NCBI GenBank assembly: GCA_902515455.1
Contig: CABXUO010000001.1
Location: forward strand, 7,297-71,296
DNA from: an uncultured SAR86 cluster bacterium
GTDB taxonomy: Bacteria; Pseudomonadota; Gammaproteobacteria; Magnimaribacterales; D2472
Direction of reading: 5' to 3'
DNA: 64,000 bases
The position numbers and the translations under genes were made by a program. Below the pieces are notes generated by a model, which ran no database searches, was not told the DNA's origin, and was given only the letters and a program-made list of their open reading frames with translations. Below are positions 1-8,907 of this stretch, piece by piece. How positions within the stretch are numbered: the first letter of the stretch is position 1; each line of letters starts with the position of its first letter.

Positions 1-1
1 G

Positions 2-331
2 ATTGGAATTGTTTTTGGTTTAGCCACTCTTGGATCAAGAGTAATTACAACAGTTGGCAGAAAAATCACAGCCCTGACACCTAGTCTTGGATTTTCAGCT
101 GAGATGGCTACAGCATCAACAGTTGTTGCAGCATCATATTTAGGCTTTCCAATTTCAACAACTCATACACTGGTTGGAGGAGTAATTGGTGTTGGTTTAG
201 CCAAGGGTGCTGAGCATTTAGATTTTTCATCAATAAAAAGAATTATTGCCTCTTGGTTAGTAACAATTCCAGCTGGAGCCGCATTTACCGTTTTATTTTA
301 CGTTTTACTCAGAATTATTTTCGGAGTGTAG
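2..331 (+). CDS. pitA: PiT-family inorganic phosphate transporter, C-terminal fragment (5' end lies outside the window)
   Basis: The frame is open from nt 2. The translation IGIVFGLATLGSRVITTVGRKITALTPSLGFSAEMATAST...PISTTHTLVGGVIGVGLAKG carries the conserved PiT repeat motif and a hydrophobic tail. Confidence 0.8.
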   Translation: MGIVFGLATLGSRVITTVGRKITALTPSLGFSAEMATASTVVAASYLGFPISTTHTLVGGVIGVGLAKGAEHLDFSSIKRIIASWLVTIPAGAAFTVLFYVLLRIIFGV

Positions 332-334
332 AAA

Positions 335-1273
335 GTGCCTTCTAGTTATTTTATAAATAAGGTATTTATTGTTGCATTTTCAATTTTTTTATTAGGCAAT
401 AATGTCTTTGCATCGCCTACCTGGTACGGAAAAATATTTGTTGACGCTCAGTCTTTTTCCAACGATGTCATGGGAACTAAAACCGATATTAAAAATAATT
501 CTTCAAGATTAGGGCTAAAGGGTAAATATTCTTTTTCAGAAAATTCTGATCTTAGATTAATTTACCAAGCAGAGTATCAGTTTGATCCTGTAGATGGAAA
601 GGCTAGAGGAGATGATGGTACGCTCAAACAGCGGAATACATTCCTTGGCATTAAATCAAATATAGGGACACTTTTTGCAGGCACTCACGATTCAGCGCTT
701 AAGAAGTCTCAATTAAAAATTGATTTATTTAATGATCTTGCACCCGATATTAAAAATATTCTTCATGGTGAAAATCGGCTTGAAGATTTTATTGGTTATA
801 CAACCCCAAAATACAAAAGCATGATTTCCGCAACATTTAATAGTATTAAAAATCCCTCATCAGGAAAAAAATATAAATCTTATTCAATAAATTTTTCTGG
901 CGATGCCTTTCAAGCAGCTATAGGAATTGATGAATCAATGAAAGGTTATGATAGCTCGAGAATCTCAATTTTAATTCCAATTAATAAATTTAAGATTGGA
1001 TTGTTGGCTCAAAAAACTAAAAATCTTGTATCAGGTCAAAGTGATAGTGGGCATGTCACTAGTTTATCCAGAAAAATAAGCTCCAAGGGAACGTTTAAAA
1101 TTCAACGCTCATCATCAAACATGAAGATAAGCACAGGAATACAAACCACAATCGGATATGATTACCAATTTAAAAAATATCTCAAAATTTTTACATTCTA
1201 TTCTCAATTGGAGTCATCCAATAATTCAAAAGAGAAAGACATTTTTTCCATAGGGTTAGAATATAAATTTTAA
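335..1273 (+). CDS. Gram-negative porin (Porin_4-like), signal peptide, C-terminal Phe
   Basis: GTG start 3 nt after pit. N-terminal signal peptide (..NNVFA/SP). Alternating beta-strand pattern (RLGLKGKYSF, LRLIYQAEYQF, RNTFLGIKSNIGTLFAG) and terminal ..GLEYKF, typical of outer-membrane beta-barrels. Confidence 0.7.
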   Translation: MPSSYFINKVFIVAFSIFLLGNNVFASPTWYGKIFVDAQSFSNDVMGTKTDIKNNSSRLGLKGKYSFSENSDLRLIYQAEYQFDPVDGKARGDDGTLKQRNTFLGIKSNIGTLFAGTHDSALKKSQLKIDLFNDLAPDIKNILHGENRLEDFIGYTTPKYKSMISATFNSIKNPSSGKKYKSYSINFSGDAFQAAIGIDESMKGYDSSRISILIPINKFKIGLLAQKTKNLVSGQSDSGHVTSLSRKISSKGTFKIQRSSSNMKISTGIQTTIGYDYQFKKYLKIFTFYSQLESSNNSKEKDIFSIGLEYKF

Positions 1274-1312
1274 AATTTTTTAATGATTTTATATTAGCGT
1301 TACAATGTAGAC

Positions 1313-2359
1313 ATGTCTTGGTTTGTAAAGCTCATCTTCTCTTTAAGTATTTTCTTTTTAGCTAGTTGCTCTAGTGATTACTCGATTAATGCAATTGCTG
1401 AGACAGAGCCTGTTGCATCGAGTGGAGATGCCGCAGATGATCCAGCAATAGTTATAAATTTTAGTAATCCAGCGCAATCACTTATTTTTGGAACTGATAA
1501 GCGCGCAGGAGTTTATTTATATAATCTTTCTGGAGAAAAAATTTCATATGCTTCTTTAGGCGAAATAAATAACATAGACGTTAGACAGGCTGATAATAAA
1601 ATTTATGTAGCTGCATCAAATAGAGCAGCTCAATCAATTGAGTTTTGGGAATTTAATCAGCAAGAATTTTTTAAAAATATTCTTTATTCAGATAACCTTT
1701 TTGATTTATCTACGCAGTCAATAACAATACCTACCAACATAGATGTCTATGGTATTTGTGCTGGCTTAATAGATGGAGTGCCCATTGTTTTTATTACAGA
1801 GGATAAGGGTCCTCGCGTTGAGTTGTGGGTACCCCAGACTCGAACACTTATAGGAACTTTCAGTAATGGAGGCGAATCAGAGGGTTGCGTTTTTGATGAC
1901 GAAAATAAAACGGTTTTTATTTCAGAAGAAGAGGTGAATGGAGTTTTAAAAACCTACAACTTAAATAATGAATTTCCGTTTGAAAGTCCCTTCATTGTGG
2001 ATTCTCGAGAGGGAAATATTGGCGGTGATCCAGAGGGGCTTACAATCTATAAAACTTCTGAAAAAGAGGGTTATATCTTACTTTCATCCCAAGGAGATAA
2101 TAAATACAACGTTTATAATCGAATTTATCCTCACGAATTTATCTCAAGTTTTACTATTGACGATGACCCCCAAGGCATTGATGGCACATCAGAAACTGAT
2201 GGGATCGATGTCACCAATCACAATCTCAGAGGTAAATTTTCCAAAGGTCTATTTGTTGCTCAGGACGGTTACAACTTTGATGGAAAAGAGCTGAAGAATC
2301 AAAATTTTAAAATTGTTCCCTTTAATCCCATCCTTAAATTTATAAATAAAAGTAAGTAG
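1313..2359 (+). CDS. beta-propeller phytase (3-phytase) lipoprotein
   Basis: Lipobox FLASC. The DDPAIVIN...GTDKRAGVYLYNLSGEK motif resembles the BPP phytase N-terminal signature, and acidic propeller repeats run throughout. Confidence 0.75.
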   Translation: MSWFVKLIFSLSIFFLASCSSDYSINAIAETEPVASSGDAADDPAIVINFSNPAQSLIFGTDKRAGVYLYNLSGEKISYASLGEINNIDVRQADNKIYVAASNRAAQSIEFWEFNQQEFFKNILYSDNLFDLSTQSITIPTNIDVYGICAGLIDGVPIVFITEDKGPRVELWVPQTRTLIGTFSNGGESEGCVFDDENKTVFISEEEVNGVLKTYNLNNEFPFESPFIVDSREGNIGGDPEGLTIYKTSEKEGYILLSSQGDNKYNVYNRIYPHEFISSFTIDDDPQGIDGTSETDGIDVTNHNLRGKFSKGLFVAQDGYNFDGKELKNQNFKIVPFNPILKFINKSK

Positions 2360-2361
2360 TT

Positions 2362-3201
2362 TTATTCTTTGGTTGTTGATTCAATAAGTTCTGTTGAGTA
2401 ACCTGAGTAAACCTCTACGAACTCTGGATGAGTCAATATCCAAAATTCATCATTTTCAATTTTTTTAAAAACAATTATAGCTAAGTCTTCAGGACTCATG
2501 CCTTCTTTAACGCCATCAGCAAGCCATTGAGCATTACTCTTGGCGCTTTCGTGTTGGTCAATTGAGGATTCGTCAAGATCTAATCCAAGGTGATCTCTTT
2601 CAATGATGTTGGTTTGAACTAATCCAGGACAGAGTACGGACACCCCAACCTTATCATTGTCTGCTAGATCCTCATGCAAGGTTCGGGTTAAACCCACAAC
2701 TGCATGCTTGGTCGTTGTATAAGGAGCAAGCGCAGGGCCAACAATGATACCTGCCATAGATGATGTATTAATAATGTGACAGCGTTCTTGGCTAGCAACC
2801 ATCTCATCAACAAACAGATTTAAGCCATAAATTACACTCATTAAATTTACATCAATAATTCGTTGCCAGTTTTTTTGGTCTGCTTTCCATGCTCTACCTT
2901 CTAAAAAGATTCCTGCGTTATTAAATAGGAAATGAACTGTGCCAAACTCACTTTCAATTTGTTCTTTCGCTTTTGCAAAGTCTTCTAAGTTAGATACATC
3001 ACACTGGATGATCATCGATGGACAATCTGCCATAAGGCTATGAGTCTCACTTAAACCATTTTTGTTGAGGTCCATTAAGACTACATTCATTTGAAGTTTT
3101 GCAGCATGCAATGCTAAGCCTCTCCCAATTCCACTGGCAGCACCTGTGATTAAGACAGTTTTATTTGTAAAAATATCAGCTTGCAAGATACCCACCATCA
3201 A
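2362..3201 (-). CDS. short-chain dehydrogenase/reductase (SDR)
   Basis: TGAASGIGRG Rossmann motif, NNAG, and Ser...YTTTK catalytic residues. Confidence 0.85.
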   Translation of the reverse strand: MMVGILQADIFTNKTVLITGAASGIGRGLALHAAKLQMNVVLMDLNKNGLSETHSLMADCPSMIIQCDVSNLEDFAKAKEQIESEFGTVHFLFNNAGIFLEGRAWKADQKNWQRIIDVNLMSVIYGLNLFVDEMVASQERCHIINTSSMAGIIVGPALAPYTTTKHAVVGLTRTLHEDLADNDKVGVSVLCPGLVQTNIIERDHLGLDLDESSIDQHESAKSNAQWLADGVKEGMSPEDLAIIVFKKIENDEFWILTHPEFVEVYSGYSTELIESTTKE

Positions 3202-3940
3202 TGGGGTAATAAGATCCTGTAATATAAGATGCTTCTGATGATGCTAGAAAATATATTAAATTAGCCACTTCATCTGCAGAAGCCACTCTTTTCATAGGAA
3301 CTCTTTGTAAAAGGTACTGCATGACATTTTCATCTTTCATCAATTCTGTATTCATTGGCGTATCTATGACACCTGGACCGATTGCATTAGCCCTTATGTT
3401 TATTGTTGCGTAGTCTTGCGCAATTGATTTGGTGAGACCAACCACGGCATGTTTGGAGGCACCATATGAAGCTTGAGCTGCACTAGCTCTTGTTCCCATA
3501 ATCGATGCCACATTCACAATGGAACCCTCTTCAATGTTCATTGCAGTAGCAAGCTTTAAGAATTCTCTACAGGCATAAAAAGTTCCATGTAAATTTATGT
3601 CTATGGTTCTGAGCCATTCATCTACTGAGTATTCATGCAAGGGATTCAATGCTGGGCTGATGCCTGCACAATTAATTAATACATGAGCAGGACGTTTTTC
3701 CTCTAATAGGGCATTAAAAATAGACTCAATTTGAGAATGATTTGTAATATCGCAATGAATAAAATTTAATTTGTATGTATCTGATTTGAGGTCATTGATT
3801 GAATTATCTCCAGCTTCTTTATTAGCGTCTAAGCTCAATACCTCATATCCTTCTTTTAAAAAACGCTTTACTGCGCCCAGGCCGATTCCAGAGGCTCCGC
3901 CAGTAATCACTGCAAATGGTTGAGATTTATTAGTCGACAT
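3176..3940 (-). CDS. short-chain dehydrogenase/reductase (SDR)
   Basis: TGGASGIGLG, NCAG and YGASK motifs. Overlaps the downstream SDR gene by 26 nt. Confidence 0.85.
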   Translation of the reverse strand: MSTNKSQPFAVITGGASGIGLGAVKRFLKEGYEVLSLDANKEAGDNSINDLKSDTYKLNFIHCDITNHSQIESIFNALLEEKRPAHVLINCAGISPALNPLHEYSVDEWLRTIDINLHGTFYACREFLKLATAMNIEEGSIVNVASIMGTRASAAQASYGASKHAVVGLTKSIAQDYATINIRANAIGPGVIDTPMNTELMKDENVMQYLLQRVPMKRVASADEVANLIYFLASSEASYITGSYYPIDGGYLAS

Positions 3941-4099
3941 ATTTATGTATAAAAATTTATTCTTAAAGTTCTAACTAATCCACTATAACGAATCATGAAT
4001 TTTCTAACAATATAAATTAAATGATTAGATTTCTTGACAAAAAAAATCCTATTGATACTCGTTGATTAATCAATTTATTTATAAGATAGTTAAATCCTA

Positions 4100-5764
4100 A
4101 TGTTGCACTCAGACAAATACATTCAAGCCCTAATTAACGAACAACCTTTTTTTGAAATTCATCAAGAAAATGTTCTTGGAGTACAGATGGATGTCTTTAA
4201 AAATAGGCCTAAGTCATTGGTGGATTTTATTGAATCATCTGCAGCACATGGCGACAAACCTTATTTAATATTTAAAGACCAAGTTATTACCTTCAATCAA
4301 CATTTAACTCTCGTAAAAAAGGCTGCATATATTCTTCAGACTAAATATGAAGTTCAACAAGGTGATAGGGTGGCTATATATGCTGCCAATTCACCTGAGT
4401 GGATAATATTTTTTTGGGCCACAGTCAGTCTTGGCGCAATTGCCTGCGGATTGAATGGTTGGTGGAAAGGTTCTGAGGCAATTAAAGCAATTAATGATGC
4501 AGATCCTAAAGTCGTTGTTGCAGATCAAGCGCGATTTGAAAGAATTGATGAAACACTTGAGCATCCTGTCATGATATTTGAGCAGCACGATCTCTCAGCA
4601 CATGAACAAGGACTTGATTCATTTATTCGAGTGGATGAAGATGAATGCGCATGCCTTTTATATACATCCGGCACCACAGGGACTCCAAAAGGCGTCATGA
4701 CAACTCATAGATCAATGATTGCAAACTCAACGCTCCAAATGCTTCAAGGAGCTGCCGTATCTCAAGATTCCTCCAGCAAAGGCATTGATTGGTCCAAGAA
4801 CACCCCAACAACCCTGCTTACTTCACCCTTATTTCATGTGTCAGGATTATCTGCAGGAGCTGTTACGAGTCTATTTGCAGGTTCTACAACCTTGCTTTAT
4901 GACGGGAGATTTTTGGCAAATAAAGTCATTGAGTTAATCCAAAAATATAATGTGACATCATGGGGAGGAGCAGTTCCAACAGCCCTAAAAAGAGTCTTAG
5001 ATGATGCAGAGGAAAAAGGATTAAAAATGATGAGTGTGCTGGTAGTAGGTGGGGGGGGTGCACCAATGCCCCCAGAATTAATTTCGCGAACAAAAGATGT
5101 CTTTCCAAACTCAAAGTATAGTTTTGGATATGGCTACGGACTTACAGAATCTGGCGCTATTACAATTATTAATTGGGGGGATAATCTTAAAAATGAACCA
5201 GCTTCTCCAGGGCAGCCAATGCCAACAATTCAAGTTCAGCTAAGAGATGAGGATGGGGAAGTGATAGATAAGGACTCAATTGAGGGTGAAATATATGTTA
5301 AAAGCCCCTCAGTAATGCTTGGCTACTATAACAATACGCTTGCCTCTAAAGATTCATTAACTGAGGATAGGTGGCTAAAAACCGGAGATTGGGGATTTAA
5401 GAAAAAATCTCTTTACTATATTTCTTCTAGACGAACTGATCTGATTTTAAGGGGAGCAGAGAATGTTTACCCACAAGAGATAGAATTAGTAATAGATTCT
5501 CATGAAGGAGTAGAGGAGTCAGCTGTTATTGGAATACCTCATGATGATTTGGGTGAAGAAGTAATGGCAATTGTGTATGCAAAGAGATCTAATGTTGACG
5601 ATTTAGAATTAAGTGCATGGGTGGCAAAGGATCTTGCTGACTTTAAGGTGCCCTCTAAGTGGAAATTTGTTAATTCGCCATTGCCAAGAAATGCTTCCGG
5701 TAAATTGATGAAACATGTTTTAATAGACACATCTAAAAATACAATGGTTGAAGAAAATGAGTGA
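4100..5764 (+). CDS. acyl-CoA synthetase / AMP-dependent ligase (class I adenylate-forming enzyme)
   Basis: LYTSGTTGTPKGV AMP-binding motif, GYGLTE, TGDWG, and a C-terminal ..SGKLMK lysine motif. Confidence 0.9.
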   Translation: MLHSDKYIQALINEQPFFEIHQENVLGVQMDVFKNRPKSLVDFIESSAAHGDKPYLIFKDQVITFNQHLTLVKKAAYILQTKYEVQQGDRVAIYAANSPEWIIFFWATVSLGAIACGLNGWWKGSEAIKAINDADPKVVVADQARFERIDETLEHPVMIFEQHDLSAHEQGLDSFIRVDEDECACLLYTSGTTGTPKGVMTTHRSMIANSTLQMLQGAAVSQDSSSKGIDWSKNTPTTLLTSPLFHVSGLSAGAVTSLFAGSTTLLYDGRFLANKVIELIQKYNVTSWGGAVPTALKRVLDDAEEKGLKMMSVLVVGGGGAPMPPELISRTKDVFPNSKYSFGYGYGLTESGAITIINWGDNLKNEPASPGQPMPTIQVQLRDEDGEVIDKDSIEGEIYVKSPSVMLGYYNNTLASKDSLTEDRWLKTGDWGFKKKSLYYISSRRTDLILRGAENVYPQEIELVIDSHEGVEESAVIGIPHDDLGEEVMAIVYAKRSNVDDLELSAWVAKDLADFKVPSKWKFVNSPLPRNASGKLMKHVLIDTSKNTMVEENE

Positions 5765-6203
5765 TCAAAAAGATCTTTTAAGAGCTCCCTTTGAGCTTGC
5801 TTATAATTATAAGCGTTCAAGCGGTCCTCTTATGTCAAAATTTTTTGATGCCTTAGCAGAACAAAAAATCCTAGGCACAAAAAGCAGCACTGGAAAGGTG
5901 TATGCTCCGGCTGCTGAATTTGATCCAGAGACTCATGAATCATTGAGTGACTTAGTAGAGGTTGGACCTGGCGGAGTGATCGAATCATTTAGTTGGATTG
6001 AAGAGCCAAAACATCATCACTTAATTAAAAATCCATTTGCATTTGCTTTAATCAAATTGGATGGAGCTGATACATCTATGCTCCATATGGTTACTGAGTG
6101 TGATGAAGAAGACCTAAAAATTGGATCAAGGGTCACAGCAAATTGGTCTGCAACTATTGAGAATCGCATAACTGATATTAAATTTTTTACCTTAGAAAAA
6201 TGA
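5757..6203 (+). CDS. DUF35-type OB-fold protein with a degenerate (Cys-less) zinc-ribbon region
   Basis: Size and layout of a DUF35/OB-fold acyl-CoA-associated protein (..FALIKLDGADTSMLHMV..IGSRVTANW). No CxxC pairs. ATG at 5757 is preferred over TTG at 5748. Its stop overlaps the next start (ATGA). Confidence 0.65.
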   Translation: MSDQKDLLRAPFELAYNYKRSSGPLMSKFFDALAEQKILGTKSSTGKVYAPAAEFDPETHESLSDLVEVGPGGVIESFSWIEEPKHHHLIKNPFAFALIKLDGADTSMLHMVTECDEEDLKIGSRVTANWSATIENRITDIKFFTLEK

Positions 6204-6697
6204 GCGAAGAAGAAAAAAAAGATTACGCTGAGTCTCCAATAAATTTGGAATATCATTATACAGCTGGATCAGCTACCACCCGATTTCTTAACCAAGTTAA
6301 AGAAGGCAAAATTGTAGGTCAGTCATGCCCAAAATGCAGCGCTGTATATGTACCTCCAAGAGGCAGCTGTCCAAGATGTGGAGTAGCAACAAATATCGAG
6401 GTTCCATTGACTGATAAAGGCTGCATTGAATCATTTACTATTGTGCATATTCCTATTCCGGGTAATCCCATCGTGCCGCCATATGTTTGTGCAATGATCA
6501 GGCTCGATGGAGCTAACATTTCTTTTTTGCATCTCATTCAAGGAATTGATGTTGAAGAAATAAGAATTGGGATGCGTATACAAGCAGTTTGGAAGCCTAA
6601 AGATGAATGGACTCATTCATTAGAGAACATCAAATGGTTTACTCCTATAGATGAACCAGATGTTGATGTTGCAACATTGAGGTTTCAAGAATCATGA
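6200..6697 (+). CDS. DUF35-type OB-fold protein with an intact 4-Cys zinc ribbon
   Basis: CPKCSAVYVPPRGSCPRCG rubredoxin-like ribbon followed by an OB-fold (CAMIRLDGANISFLHLIQG..IGMRIQAVW). ATGA overlaps on both sides. Confidence 0.75.
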   Translation: MSEEEKKDYAESPINLEYHYTAGSATTRFLNQVKEGKIVGQSCPKCSAVYVPPRGSCPRCGVATNIEVPLTDKGCIESFTIVHIPIPGNPIVPPYVCAMIRLDGANISFLHLIQGIDVEEIRIGMRIQAVWKPKDEWTHSLENIKWFTPIDEPDVDVATLRFQES

Positions 6698-7749
6698 GAA
6701 AAGTAGCAATCGTAGGATATGCTCAACATCCTATTTTAGAGAATGCGGGAGCTTTAAACGAAGTTGAACTCATCATGCCAGTTGTTCATCAGCTGTTTGA
6801 TGAATTAGGTATAAGTCAAAATAACATAGATTTTACCTGCTCAGGTAGTTGTGATTATTTGCAAGGAGCTGCTTTTGCATTTGTTGAAGGTTTATCTGCC
6901 ATTCAAACCAATCCTCCCATTAAAGAGTCGCATGTAGAAATGGATGCAGCTTGGGCGATGTATGAATCAATGCTAAAAATTCAAATGGGAGATGCAGATA
7001 CTGCATTGATTTATGGATTTGGTAAATCTTCTCCCGGTAGACTCGATTCAATAATTTCATTACAAATGGATCCTTATTACATTTCACCTCTTTGGCCAGA
7101 TCGAGTAAGTTTGGCTGCAATACAGGCAAGGGTGCTGCTTGAAAAAAATATCATAACTCCTGAACAAATGATTACAGCTGTTATTGAGGCAAGAACTAAT
7201 TCTAAGAATAATAAAAATGCACTTGTTACTGAATTGGTTGATAAAGAAGCATATCTAGCAAGTGAGAACATTTCTTCTCCACTCAATGAATTTGATTGTC
7301 CTCCAATATCTGACGGATCTTCTGCCATGATCATTGCCTCAGAAGAAAAAGCATATGAATTCACTGATCATCCTATTTTTATTGAAGGCATCGATCATAG
7401 AATTGAATCATCAAATATAGGCTCACGGGATCTTTCAAAACCTTCTGGAATACTGGCTTCAATTGAGCAGTTAAAACTTGAAAAAATAAAATTTGATGTT
7501 GCTGAGTTACATACTCAATTTAGTCATGAGGTGCCTTACTTACAATCCGTTTTAAACCTTAGTGATGTTCCAACAAATTTATCAGGTGGACCATTGGTTG
7601 GTAATGTCATGATGTGTGCAGGTTTGGATGCAATTGGCAAAACTTACGAGTCATTAAAATCCCATGATTTTACAAATGGCCTGGCGCATGCATCCTCTGG
7701 CCCATGTTTACAACATAACATGCTTGTTCATTTGGAGAAAAAATCATGA
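6694..7749 (+). CDS. thiolase-like (SCP-x/Ltp-type) protein lacking the nucleophilic Cys
   Basis: Thiolase-fold layout (VAIVGYAQ.., ..GFGKSS, NLSGGPL). The position aligned to the Cys of the N-x-C-A-S/T-G motif reads VEMDAAWA. Confidence 0.7.
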   Translation: MRKVAIVGYAQHPILENAGALNEVELIMPVVHQLFDELGISQNNIDFTCSGSCDYLQGAAFAFVEGLSAIQTNPPIKESHVEMDAAWAMYESMLKIQMGDADTALIYGFGKSSPGRLDSIISLQMDPYYISPLWPDRVSLAAIQARVLLEKNIITPEQMITAVIEARTNSKNNKNALVTELVDKEAYLASENISSPLNEFDCPPISDGSSAMIIASEEKAYEFTDHPIFIEGIDHRIESSNIGSRDLSKPSGILASIEQLKLEKIKFDVAELHTQFSHEVPYLQSVLNLSDVPTNLSGGPLVGNVMMCAGLDAIGKTYESLKSHDFTNGLAHASSGPCLQHNMLVHLEKKS

Positions 7750-8894
7750 TTCAGGCTGGTGTAATTGGAGTTGGACAAACTAAATATGATGCCAAAAGAA
7801 GGGATGTATCCATGGGTGGATTAGTCCGAGAGGCAATAGATAATGCCATGTTAGCTGCTAATGTTGAATGGGACGCTATAGACGCTGTTATATTAGGCAA
7901 AGCACCAGACATGTTTGAGGGTGTGGTTATGCCTGAGTTATATTTAGCCGATGCTATTGGAGCTGTTGGTAAGCCGGTCCTCCGAGTCCATACTGCTGGT
8001 AGTGTTGGAGGGAGCACAGGTGTTATTGCCGCAACCCATGTTTGTTCAGGGCAATTTAAAACAGTTTTAACTGTAACATTTGAAAAACAATCTGAATCAA
8101 ATGCAACGTGGGCATTATCCCCACGTTACCCATATTCTCCTCATATCAATGCAGGTGCTGGAGGATACTTTGCTCCATTTATCAGAGAGTACATTCGCAG
8201 ATACGATGCTCCAGAACATATTGGTTGGAAAGTTGCAGTTAAAGATCGTTTGAATGCACTCAAGAATCCACTAGCCCATCTTCATATTCCAGGGATAGAT
8301 GAAAAAATGGTAAGTGACACTCCTATGCTTTGGGAGCCATTAAGATATCTTGAGAGTTGCCCATCGTCCGATGGAGCCTGTGCCATGGTAATTACATCCA
8401 AAGATCTTGTGGGCTCAAGAGATGTTGCATGGATAAAAGGAATGGCTGTTAGATCTGAGGGCACTTTGTCCGCAGGCAGAGATGAGGTCAATCCTCAGGC
8501 AGGAATTGATTGCGCAAAAGATATCTATGATCAGGCAGGCATAACCAATCCATACAAGGAAATTGATTGTGCAGAAATTTATGTTCCATTTTCTTGGTAT
8601 GAGCCAATGTGGTTGGAAAATTTAGGATTTTGTGATCTGGGAGAAGGATGGAAACTGACCGACAAAGATGCAACAGCTATAGATGGAGAAATACCTTTTA
8701 ATATGTCTGGTGGAGTTATGTCGTCCAATCCGATTGGAGCATCGGGAATGATTCGTTTTGGTGAAGCAGCCTTACAAGTTATGGGTAAGGCAAATGATCA
8801 TCAAGTTGAGGATGCGAAAGTTGCAATGGGACATGCTTATGGTGGAGCAGCACAATTTTTTGCAATGTGGATAGTCTCATCATCACTAGATTAG
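7746..8894 (+). CDS. thiolase-like (SCP-x/Ltp-type) protein lacking the nucleophilic Cys and the GHP histidine
   Basis: VHTAGSVGGSTG...TFEKQSE aligns to VNNxCATGSTA...GFEKMS with Gly at the Cys position. NMSGGVMSSNPIGASG occupies the place of NPSGG..GHPxGATG. Confidence 0.75.
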   Translation: MIQAGVIGVGQTKYDAKRRDVSMGGLVREAIDNAMLAANVEWDAIDAVILGKAPDMFEGVVMPELYLADAIGAVGKPVLRVHTAGSVGGSTGVIAATHVCSGQFKTVLTVTFEKQSESNATWALSPRYPYSPHINAGAGGYFAPFIREYIRRYDAPEHIGWKVAVKDRLNALKNPLAHLHIPGIDEKMVSDTPMLWEPLRYLESCPSSDGACAMVITSKDLVGSRDVAWIKGMAVRSEGTLSAGRDEVNPQAGIDCAKDIYDQAGITNPYKEIDCAEIYVPFSWYEPMWLENLGFCDLGEGWKLTDKDATAIDGEIPFNMSGGVMSSNPIGASGMIRFGEAALQVMGKANDHQVEDAKVAMGHAYGGAAQFFAMWIVSSSLD

Positions 8895-8907
8895 TTAGGA
8901 GTTATTT

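Noticed and set aside
1968-2294. 108-aa same-strand alternative-frame ORF inside the phytase gene
   Set aside because: It is embedded in a gene with clear family motifs, has no RBS, and its translation has no recognisable features.
4034-4059. TTGACA ... GATACT as a sigma-70 promoter for the acyl-CoA synthetase
   Set aside because: The spacer is only 14 nt, and no acceptable -10 element sits at 16-18 nt.
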